A stretch of DNA of 63,992 nt, the filler included, from Reticulomyxa filosa (Eukaryota; Protista; Foraminifera): the NCBI GenBank assembly GCA_000512085.1. It is 9 parts of 9 records of this genome, joined end to end, with 100 filler letters (N's around TTAATTAATTAA, not from the genome) between each part and the next. Parts side by side here need not be neighbours in the genome. Positions count along the whole stretch, not along the records: positions 53,315 to 56,831 come from ASPP01002878.1; positions 56,932 to 59,476 come from ASPP01003827.1; positions 59,577 to 62,892 come from ASPP01004196.1; positions 62,993 to 63,992 come from ASPP01048364.1; 5 more parts are not named here. One strand, written 5' to 3'. The stretch's first letter is position 1. Every line of letters starts with the position of its first letter. Both the position numbers and the translations under genes were made by a program. Below, in pieces: positions 53,315 through 63,992 of the stretch. The notes beneath the pieces were generated by a model that saw only the letters and a program-made list of their open reading frames with translations, made no database searches and was not told the origin of the DNA.

Positions 53315-55906
53315 AAAAAAAAAAAAAAAAAAAATTAAAAAAATAAAATAAAATAAGACTAAAATAAAATTAACTTCTACCACCAACTCATCATTGTACT
53401 GCGTTTTTAAAGAGTCAATGCACAGAATTTGCGTTCTATCATGAAGTAATAACTTCGTTTTTGTTGCTTGACTGTGCATTTTTATGGCTTGCCCCTTTTT
53501 TTGTTCATTTCAAACGTTTTTTGTTGGTGATGGTGTGGGAATAAATGGAGTTGCTGTGAAGTTAGAACACTTTTGGTGCGTTCGTTATTCAACAACAAAC
53601 TTCAATTTTACATCCAAAAACGATCACCTAAATCATTTTACCCTTTTGCACTGGATTGGCTCAGTGTTTTCAGATGCACTTCTCGGAAATAAGTGTATTT
53701 CATCTTTTATTGTTGCGCAGTGAAAAGAAAAAATTCTTCTCACACTCCAATCACAAAAGATTTGACCAATTTCCTAAATTTGCAGTACAAAAAGTTGGCT
53801 GTGTCTATACCGTGAAAAATTAGGTAACAAGGCAACGTTTTATTAAAAGAAAAAAAATAATGAATCCTGATACAGTTACCAATACTCCTTTCAATCTATA
53901 TTTTCCAAACATGTAGTCAAGGATAATACAATAAATGGTAATATTGGAGTAGTGTTTAAAAGATTAGCATGTGTAGACGTGTTCAAATTTACGTATCTTT
54001 TTTCTTGATCATTGTTCGATGTATGTATTGAACTGTTGCTGAGCCTATATTCGTGATATGGAGATAGCTTGTCCAGTGCTTTCACTTGTATTTCTTAGTC
54101 TGATTTGATCAGTTGACTATTGTTGTATTACGTTAACTGCTTTGTCAGCGATATACTGACATGTTGATAACATTTATTGCAACATCGTCATACTTTATAT
54201 GCATTTGATTAAATATTACCTTTTTGTTAATTCGGTCACATGCACAACATTTGTATATTATTGTCTTAACATGTACTAGAGCGACGAACAGCTTTTGAAT
54301 GCAAGGAAAAAATCAGGTCAAGAATTGTCAATGAAAATAATGAAATTATTGGCAATGCAAAGAACTGCGCAAAAAGAAACTACCATGCCAAAAAAATTAA
54401 CCAAAAATAATTCAAAATAAAAGAATAATTTTGGGTTTCACAAAAATTTTGTGAAATCAAATTTGCTGTTTAAGGCTCAGATTTGACCTATTTCAACAAT
54501 TCACTTTCAGATGTCCCTACTCTACAAATGTAGAGTAGTAATCTTCATAGCCTTAAGCTTCCCGGGAAGCTTCAAATTGATAAATAAGGAATATATACTT
54601 AGTCGATTTGTTGAAATCACTATAATAAACAAAATGTTCACATTTGCGAAACGTTAGCACTTTCCTTCAACGTCTTATGCTGCAACTTCCATGGTTCTAA
54701 TTTTGTAAATACGGAAGTGAACCTCCAGAAATAGTACAGCTTCTGCAAAGAGGAAGATATACCAAAATTGAAATTAGATTCTGCAACAGAACAAAACTTT
54801 TATTAAGTATACAACCAAAAAATCTTATGAAGCAAACTCTGGAACATTTACATTCTCCATGAAAAGTTAGTATTCATTGATTTTTTGATGATATTTATCG
54901 CATAACAACGCTTTATCTTACGCAAGTATTATAAAAATGTTATCTTTTTATTATTGATAAATCAAAGTTTCATTTATAATATTCAAGCTGAATATTATCT
55001 GTGGGAATGTAGTGATAGTTATTTAATGTTTTTTTCGAGTTTGTTATTGTAGCAGTTGCACTTTTAAAACAATTTAAAAAGTGATTACCATAAACATAGT
55101 TGATTTCAAAATCGTTTTTCAGAACTGTTACACTGTAAAAGATCTATTTTTCGTTGAAACCAAAACCCTCAAAACTTGGTTATAAAGTAAAACGAGAAGC
55201 TAAGCTTCCCAGAAAGCTGTTGCACTGAACCCGTTTTTGGAAATTTTGCTTTTAATTTTACAAAAAAAGAAAAGGTATATATGTTAATTCATAATTGAAT
55301 TTAATTGTAAGAATGAAGCCTCATTATAAACTAATACGACCACAATACTTCGTACAGCAAACTTGAACAGTAAATATAATATATATGCAAATTAAGTTTT
55401 TACAGAGATACGATAGTCATTGTAAACCAATATCTGATAGATTAATTGAATGTTTTGAGCATTCACTAGTTTTATTTTGTTATTTCTATATTGTTGAAAT
55501 AATTACTTTTTAGATTGTGTTTAATAAATAAACAAAAAATTTTTGATTTCTCAATGTGATAACTAAATCTTTTGTATGTTTTAACATAACAATACCCCAG
55601 ATCCCTATTCCTTGTATATAATAAAATTGCATTGCATACTTCTTTCTTGAAGTGTTACCGTGGAAACTCGCTTCAGCTTGTTGTTGTCATTGCCATTGAA
55701 AAGATTAATTATCTTTTTTTTTTTTTACAGAAAAGAAATGGATGTATTATTACGATTTATTTACGTGTGCCTTTTTTTTTCGTAAATTGTTGGAAACAAG
55801 TTTGGTTGACATAAAAATGTTCCTAAACAATTTTTGTAAACAAAAGAGTGAAAAAGTTTTAAGCTGCCAAAAACTTGAAAGAAAAAAAAGGTTTAGGGCA
55901 AACATT

Positions 55907-56780
55907 TTAATTGTTTTTTTTATGGGAGAGCCATTGTCTAAAATATTTGATACCAACAGTAACACAAGCTCCAAGTACAACACTTTTGACAACGACAGAG
56001 GGGCTAATTCCAAAGTTGTATGTTACCTGCCAATATAGCTCTTCAGACCAATTTCGTGGTTTTCCAACAAGTAATTGTTGATCTTCATTTAACTCAAAAT
56101 TATGTTCGACATATCCGGAGCCGAGACGGTACAGATAATAATGTGGCCAATGTGTGCTCGTGTTATGAAGATGGAATGCTTGTAATCGACTCTTCAATAT
56201 GGCGTTGGTTGCTTTATAGCGAGGGGTCATGCAAACATAATACACCATTCGAATCAGACCCCAGCCTTCATCTGGCTTTTTCCTTGTGTGATCATTTGTT
56301 CATCAAAGTGGTTGTGTCTTTCAAACACTCAGCAATCACATACAAACAAAACAAAAACAAAAACAAAAAACAAGCGCAAAAACTTTTTGTTTGTTTGTTT
56401 GTTTACCAGGCTTGTTTCGTGAGAGGATCAGTGTCAGGCAAGGTCGATGCTTGATTGGCGTGGATTGTCCTTGAGTCCCACAAACACATATCCCCGGCCT
56501 TGCACTGCACCAGCACTCCGCCATCGGGGAACGCTCTAAACACAGGGTCACTTTCTGTCATTTTTGCGCACACACAGTGTTATGGAAAAAGAAAGCGACA
56601 AAAAAAAAAAATAATAATAAAAGAAACTTGTTACAAACTCGGTATTCTGACAAAGTCGCCATCAGGCCTACCAATCCGATGACACACTTCGTTGTGATAA
56701 TGATGAGACTTGGGGATGACAACTAAGCCTCCACTTTCAGGTGAGCAATCCATCAGTGAAACCAATGCTTGAACGGACTA
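55907..56780 (-). CDS. Phytanoyl-CoA dioxygenase (PhyH)-family 2OG-Fe(II) dioxygenase, 3' part
   Basis: VQALVSLMDCSPESGGLVVIPKSH, CKAGDMCLWDSRTIHAN, YVCMTPR...RLQAF...STHWP across three exons. The 5' end is lost at the contig end and the 3' end is uncertain. Confidence 0.8.
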
Positions 56781-56831
56781 CATTTTATCCAATTTTTTTT
56801 TTTACAATTTTTTTTTTACAATTTTTTTTTT

Positions 56832-56931
56832 NNNNNNNNNNNNNNNNNNNNNNNNNNNNNNNNNNNNNNNNNNNNTTAATTAATTAANNNNNNNNNNNNN
56901 NNNNNNNNNNNNNNNNNNNNNNNNNNNNNNN
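56832..56931. other. Artificial contig spacer
   Basis: Same unit. Confidence 0.98.
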
Positions 56932-59412
56932 TACTCTTTCATTTGTTCTGTTACTTTCTTCAACTCAATCCAAGAATGGAGTTGCTCTTTCAAACTAATC
57001 GCTTTTCTCATATTTACTTCCACATCATTTACAATTTTCTGTCGTTGTTCATCGTTATAATCTTGGAATAAATACTGCATCTCATTCATCAAACACTTTA
57101 TTATTCCATCTGTATCATTTGAATGTTCGGTAAATACCCACTCCAAATCTTGATACTTGAGTGTTTGATTTTGAAGATTCTATGTATTTCATTCAAATAA
57201 GACATTCATATACCAATTGATATGAAAACACAATAGTTGAATGCTTCTTTCCTTTCCTTTTTAGATTTTTTTTTTTTTTAAAAAAAAAAAAAGAGAGATA
57301 CTGCAAACCTGCTTAAAATTTTCCCACACGTGACTCATATTATCAAATATTTTGTCAAAAATAGAAAGAGGTTTTTGAGACTGGATCGATTCATATTGTG
57401 GATGAAAGTGCCTCCAAATTTTCTGAAACATTACGCTTTTTTTCCGTTCCAGTATTATTTCCATTTTTTGTTGATACAATTTCAATAGTTGGAGCTCATC
57501 TTTATAATTTTCTTTCACATTTGCAAATCCTTGAGCTTCCCAATTATCATTCTGTTGTCCAAGCTCTTTCAATCGATCCGACAAATCATTTTTAAATAAA
57601 TAATCTTGCATCTGTCTGAATGTATGAATCAATTTAGAGAATTGATTATAATCATTCATGATTTCATCCATTGTTTGTAATAATGACTGCAAATCCATTG
57701 AACAATTAGAAGAAATATTTTCAATGTCTTTCCGATGTTTCATTAAATACTTATGAGCATTAATAGAAAGAAGTTTTCGATTTGCAACTAACTCTGTCAA
57801 TACTTGACTAAAAAAAGTGAATAATTTTGTTTGCATTGGATTTTCTTGTTTAAACCACAATTGGCAGTCAAAACAATAATCTAAATTTGAACAAACTCTG
57901 CTATTTATAGACTCCATATTTTTTTCGTCCAAGCCTTCAATATCTGGAATATTGTCGATATTCTTAATTACCTGTGGCCATAACTCCCATTTGACTTTTG
58001 CACATATGTTAATTTCCTCCGAGGTCCATTTTTTATTACTCAGCCACAATTCTCTATAATTTTCATTCGCAATTTCTATCAAATACCGATGATATAATTT
58101 TGCATTTTCAAATGTATTTGAGGACACCAACTCAAGTACTTTGGAGTGAAGTGGTATTCTTTCAATGACTTTATTTTCATCTCCCCTTTCATACAGCCAG
58201 TCATTTAGTGAATCTTGAAGCGATTTCAAGAAGTTGTTGTGAGTACTTATTGTATCTGAAGTTGCCAATAATGTAATCCAAAATGTACGATTTTCTTTAT
58301 CTTTTAAGAAGAGTTGCAATATCTTATTAGTCAATGTTAACCTTTCATTCATATTTTCGTTATCTGCAATCCGCTTTTGTTATTGTTGTTATGATTGAAT
58401 ATTGCATATGTTTACAAGACATCCACATGTACACATATACATATATAAATATGTATGGAAAAAACAACGAAACAGTCCATAGCAGCTCTATCATTACAAC
58501 CAATCCTTGATTCTCCACTTTGTTATTGTCACAAAACAGTTCAATTGTGCTTATTATACTAGCTTTGTCCTTCCATCTATTCATACAAAAAGATACTCCT
58601 TTTTTTTTTTGTTGTTTGTTGACCCTTGTTTAGAACAATGAAAAAACGTACATGGATGATTGTCTCTTCACAAAGCGAAAGAATTCAAGTACGTTTGGAG
58701 GTGAATTCATAACCATAGATATAAAGCCGTTGGATGTAAAGCCTTCCAAAAGTCTCTCAGAGATATTGGCAAAATCTTCAACACACTGTTGCATTTCAGC
58801 AATGAGCGTATCCCATTTGTGAAAGCGTAGTTCATATGAAGACTGAAAAATGGGCCAACACTTTTCGAAATTCCACAAGCGCTCCCACAGATTGGTTTTT
58901 GTTGTTGTATCGAAATTGGTGTTGTCAAGCAACAATTTAACAACGGCATCAGCAAGATAAAGATTATATTGTAATAAGTTAATCAAATGCTTTTCAATAT
59001 GGATTTTTGGAGAAGATTGATTATTCCTTCGCAAATGCAAATCTAAGATAAGCACCTCCTTCAAGGTCATTTCATTGATGGAACATTTTTCTCCACTTCC
59101 AAAGTCAATCTTCTGGACAGACTGACTGAATGAGAGTTCTTTGTGTCCTATCAATACCAAGTAATTGAAACACGGAATTAGCATCAGCTTTTCGAATGGA
59201 GTGCAACGAGACCTTTTTTCGATTTTCTGCGACACAGGCGCATTGGTGGTATCAAAGATACTAAGATTATGCTCTAGGACTTCAACTACAGACAATGGAG
59301 GCAGTTTCTCTTTGGCAAGAATTTTGATAGCAACAAGCAATTGTTTTACAGATAGATATTGCTTCATGTCCCATTCTTTCCAAAGTGTGCATACAAATAA
59401 TGCTTGATACAC
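56932..59412 (-). CDS. Internal fragment of a large helical hypothetical protein, multi-exon
   Basis: Long ORFs 58630-59412, 57261-58352 and short exons between them; no recognisable motif; both ends missing. Confidence 0.7.
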
Positions 59413-59476
59413 CTGAATTCATTATTGTTCATTTTTTTATTATTTGTTTTTTTTTGTCATATTCACACTATATATA

Positions 59477-59576
59477 NNNNNNNNNNNNNNNNNNNNNNNN
59501 NNNNNNNNNNNNNNNNNNNNTTAATTAATTAANNNNNNNNNNNNNNNNNNNNNNNNNNNNNNNNNNNNNNNNNNNN
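59477..59576. other. Artificial contig spacer
   Basis: Same unit. Confidence 0.98.
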
Positions 59577-59615
<39 letters not shown>

Positions 59616-59654
59616 GAATGTCCGCTGAACGCAAATGGAAAACAATTTGGAAAG

Positions 59655-60349
59655 GCTCCTCTCGCAGCGCCAGTATCATAATAGCATATCAAATGTATAA
59701 ACATAAGAAAACATTCAAACAGTTGCTGTTGAAAATGTATCGCCAAAGGAAGATTGTTTTACCAAATATTGGTTAACTTTTTGTGTACGTATACGTTACA
59801 GTGTCCTTGCTTTTCCGCGTCACACGCAGTTTCTTTGAGAGGACGAGGGGAGGAGGGGAGGAGGGGAGGGAGGGAGAAAGGGAAAGGGAAAGGGAAGGAG
59901 ATGCAAAAAGATAAAGGAGAGAGAACAAGCAGAGGAGAGAGAGGAGAGGAGAGAAAAGAAAAGAGTGCAGAAACAAACAAATAAACAAACGAAAAAGGGT
60001 TCAAAGTTCAATTGCTATTCTTTTATGAAAACAACTGCGATCTACGAATATGCCACGACGTGTCATTTTTAAAGGCGAAATTGAACATTTGGAAATATGT
60101 GAGCGATCGCCTATTGCCGGCGTATCACAAGAAACTGCACGGGAGCTACTATCCCTTGTTTGTGAAGCGCGAAATGTCAAAGATCGACGAGTCGAAGCTC
60201 ATCATCATCACTCGCTATTTGGCGCAAATTTACCGCTATCGCCGTTATTTACATCAAAACAATGACGAGTTGTTTTCGTCGAATTTGCGAACGGGAATTG
60301 GGTATAAGGGTCACGACGATAGTGATGATGACAATAGCAATAACAATGA

Positions 60350-60410
<61 letters not shown>

Positions 60411-61178
60411 TTTAACATTAACAGTAATGCCAATGATAATACGAATAATAATAACAATACTATTATTAATAATATTATTAATAATAATATTATTAATAAT
60501 AATATTATTAATAATAATACTATTATTAATAATAATACTATTAATAATAATATAAATACACCTATTCCTGAAACGACAACCACGGACGCTACTACTCCAA
60601 AGGGTGTCAATACCAGTGCCAATGCATTGGATCTGTTGTACCAATGCATCGATGTTTTAAAGGAAATCCAGATCAAATACGTGCAAAATGAAGCCTCGTT
60701 GAAACGGTTTCAGAAAATGTTTGAGTTGAATGATCAGTACGAAATTATGCACCGCGGCAGTGCGACTCCTCCACGTCCAACACCAATCGCAAAGGTCGAT
60801 GGCAAAATTCGCCCCTTTTGAAAAGCTTCGAAGATGCATCCCAATTCGGGTCGCGGGCTTCCCTCTTTTCTCCCCAGGACAAGCGACGCAACTCTGGTCA
60901 AGGCATTGAATCGCATCAACGTCTGTCCCATCACACGTTGATTGTGTCCACGTATCGACATATTCCAACCCCTATCCTTGTCCCGCCAATTCGAAGCGAA
61001 AACTCTCCATTGACTCCTATTAAGTCGCATTTGAACTTGGGTCAGCCCAACAGCAGTCCGAGTCGCGATGATGTCACGGCTGTTGATGGCAACAGCAACA
61101 GTGACAGAGATGTTAATGTGCTGCATGCGGCAAGCACGCTGGAAAATGAAAGCAAGAATAATAATAATAATAATAATG

Positions 61179-61237
<59 letters not shown>

Positions 61238-61744
61238 GATAATAACAATAACAATAACAATAACAATAACAATAACATCCAGTCGGACATTGATACTATG
61301 ATTGCGAATGGTAATGGTGATGTCATTGGCACGACAACCGATCTCGTAGATGGCGCCGAACCTCAGCCACAAATGCTAGTGATCAGCAAATCCAAGAGCG
61401 ACATCTTACAGGATGTTCGAGAGCTGTGCGAAGACACGGGCCAAGAGTTTCGATTGGACGCCGGGCTAGAAGCCAATACCAATGGAATCACCAAACTATT
61501 TTGGATCAATTCCGCCGAACCACGCGCCGATATTGAGCCTGATGCAGATTCACCTCCGCTTGAAAAGACTGCACATTTAAATGATCGCGTCTTCCTCCAT
61601 AATGAGGATATGCTCTCTATACATCATGGCTGGAGTAGTGAAAGTCCGAGCAGGAGCGCTCCGCAGGGACCCGAACTCGAACATTACCATGAATTAGAAC
61701 CACAACAATCACACCCATCCCAAGAAAAGCAGGAACATAAATAA
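59655..61744 (+). CDS. Dual-specificity phosphatase, 3' part, with long Asn-rich tail
   Basis: GSSRSASIIIAYQM...AVENVSPRKIVLPNIG|FKVQLLFFYE; intron 59772-59997 splices in frame to ORF 60012. The HCxx exon is missing, and there are single-base shifts at about 59718 and 60818. Confidence 0.75.
60337..60553 (+). repeat. (AAT)n / NNNII coding microsatellite
   Basis: Poly-Asn and (ATTATTAATAATAAT)n units; a second (AAT)n tract lies at 61157-61276. Confidence 0.9.
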
Positions 61745-62892
61745 TTCGAACAATCACTGCAAAGAGGGAGGGGTAGCGCCATTTTTCGTATCTTTCTTTT
61801 TTCCCATCTTTCTTTTCTTCGCGAAATTTTGTTTATTTTTTGTACCAATTGCATTGGAGTTTTTGGTGTAGTGAATTGTTCCAATCAACATTAAACATTG
61901 ATGTTTTTATACTGAATAAACAATTGTTTTGTATTCAATGTTGTTTCTCTGCACGCTATTGTCCAACTGCTTTTTTTTTTTCTTTATTGTTTATCAATTG
62001 TGAAATAAATCACAAAATTGTCGTGTCTCCAATACATGTGGCTACAAAAAGACGCCATTTTTATTACATAATCCTTCAAGAACGTGCACTCAGGAGTGTG
62101 ATGTTATTTCAGATCGTGGCATCAAAATGACATCAGATTAACAAATATAACTCCCTCTAGATAAATATTTTAATTGTTTCAAATATTTTTATTTACATTT
62201 TAAAATTGAGTATTTTGTAGAGATACTCCTACGTCAGAACGAAGCCGTGATGATTACAATATTTGAATATATGCTCTAAAATCAATATTTAATAATAGTA
62301 TTATTTTTTCGTTAAAATATGACCAATGGTACTTAGCCCTCGATACTGACTTTGCGTTTGGTCATGTGGAAGTTGTGATTTATCATCTGTTGCTTTGGCA
62401 TCTTGAATGCTTTATGATATTGTATACAATGTGTACATGCACGTTGTTTTATTCAAATAGTATAACAATTGAAGAAAATTTGTAGATGTAATAATTATAT
62501 AAAAATTTATATTTAAGCTAAATATTATAATTAGTGAGATCTTAGAAAATTTAAAAGAATATTTACAAAATTCAATAATATAGTATTGTAAATAATTATA
62601 GTTTTTGCATATTAATACATTTAAAAAAATACATACTAGTGACTATAGCTGAAACATTATAAATGGAATTATTATTCCAAAAAAGATCGAAAATGAAATT
62701 AGTATTGATTGTGTAAGTAAAAAATTACAAATTGGAAATTCGCAAGTTGTACATTTACAATGCAAAATTGTACAAGATACAAATGTAAACACAATAATGA
62801 TGAAAAAAAGATCAATGAAAGATATTAAGTAAAATGTAAAATTAGAATAAGTATTAAATTTTAAGTATATGATAACAATAATAATATAATGT

Positions 62893-62992
62893 NNNNNNNN
62901 NNNNNNNNNNNNNNNNNNNNNNNNNNNNNNNNNNNNTTAATTAATTAANNNNNNNNNNNNNNNNNNNNNNNNNNNNNNNNNNNNNNNNNNNN
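62893..62992. other. Artificial contig spacer
   Basis: Same unit. Confidence 0.98.
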
Positions 62993-63699
62993 ACGATCAA
63001 AAGAGCAAATGCAATATTTGAATGAATCAGAAAATGATCGACTTTTTATTTCTACGTTTTAAAATTGTCTAAACAAATTAAAAAATTTTCACAATGTTGT
63101 TCTACAAGTAATTTACATTCTTCCAAATACATTTTCCATATGGCCATTTTTATTATTACTGCGTAATTTGTTTATCTTCTGAATATGATCGATTTTAGGG
63201 TTAGTATCCATTGTACATTTGCTAATAATAGATTCATTATGCCTATTTGAAACATAAGCTTTTATTTTTTATTCAACAATCCTTTTATGAGTTTGTACAG
63301 ATGAAAATAATTTTAACATATTCGAAAGAGAAATTTAAGGTATATTTTTCCTCTGGTTCATGTGTAAATAATAAGAGTAATAAATACAAAGTATATTTTT
63401 GCAGTGAAGCAAAACATAGCAATTGAATAGTAGTGTTTGATTATTTGTGATGTCACAGTTTGTTTTGTTTCACATTTTGTTGATGTTTGTAAAAGTTGTT
63501 GAAAACCTTTCACATTGAACTGACTTTTGAACAATTGATTTCTTCTCATTGAAAGGAAGTTCAACTTGTATTACCAAATTCTTTTGACAACCCCCTCATT
63601 GATTTTGAGAAAAAAGATCAAACAGTTTTTCATCTTATGTCATCGTCTAAGAAGATCTCAGAGAAAAAACAAAAGAAATGTCAATGCAACTATCATTGG

Positions 63700-63876
63700 T
63701 TTTGAGATATTCGATTAAATAAGATTGAATTATATGTGATCAATGGAAGTAATGAATGTGATGGAATAAGATGTCTTAAATTTCTACAATTAAAAAAGAA
63801 TAGAAAAAGTAATAATGATAGTTTTATTTGTTTGTGTTATGGCTCAAACAAGGGTCTGATTCAAATTTGTGGATAG
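63700..63876 (+). pseudogene. WD40 pseudogene fragment of the same family as 42361-43054
   Basis: F*DIRLNKIELYVINGSNECDGIRCLKFLQLK...CLCYGSNKGLIQICG* matches FWDIRTNKKRLHVIKG...ILCIKFFQLK...LCYGSSNGFIRIWGQ; Trp is replaced by TGA and upstream repeats are absent. Confidence 0.8.
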
Positions 63877-63992
63877 TGCCATTTTCGCAGTAAAAAATTT
63901 GTTCAAGTTGTTTGATTCTTTTTGATTAAATTGAACGAAACAAGCTTCTTTCATTAAACTTTCGGTTTGCAATTGTCCAGAAGTTATTGCCA

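Noticed and set aside
54558-54568. STAT GAS-like site TTCCCGGGAA linked to the SH2 protein
   Set aside because: It is on a different contig, and the SH2 protein has no STAT DNA-binding domain.
60249-61372. Poly-Ile/poly-Leu membrane-protein ORFs
   Set aside because: They are alternative frames and strands of (AAT)n poly-Asn tracts.
6627-62992. Recurring TTAATTAATTAA palindrome as a biological repeat
   Set aside because: It is always centred in 44+44 Ns, so it is a six-frame-stop assembly linker. ORFs running into it are artefacts.
1-63992. tRNA/rRNA genes or an alternative genetic code
   Set aside because: No cloverleaf or rRNA signature was seen by eye, and conserved genes read cleanly in the standard code with TAA, TAG and TGA stops.

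Overview
This window is not one chromosomal stretch. It is nine assembly contigs joined by eight identical artificial spacers (N44-TTAATTAATTAA-N44), so adjacency across spacers has no biological meaning. Eight contigs are AT-rich, intron-containing protist DNA with poly-Asn tracts and a distinctive WD40 family; from memory this resembles the foraminiferan Reticulomyxa filosa, which I cannot verify. One contig (10261-11835) is GC-rich bacterial DNA: an AlpA/excisionase-like gene, a candidate antisense RNA and a truncated IS21 istA. The long contig 11936-43054 holds, in order: a deleted Ty3/gypsy remnant; a very large minus-strand gene that appears to fuse two TM-Cache-like-TM sensor modules to a two-pore-type channel (6TM-EF-EF-6TM, Glu in both pore loops); and, head-to-head with it, a CHAT (catalytic Cys lost)-STAND NTPase-STAT-type SH2 NLR-like gene. 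These are followed by an EDR2-C/DUF1336 gene, Hsp110, cullin-4 and a WD40 gene. Smaller contigs carry partial RS-rich, NIPA/Rsm1-like, PhyH-dioxygenase and DUSP genes plus decayed repeated sequence. The best candidate for an undescribed system is the divergent Cache-channel / CHAT-STAND-SH2 pair at 14288-28982. All calls come from reading motifs by eye; exon boundaries are approximate and no searches were run.
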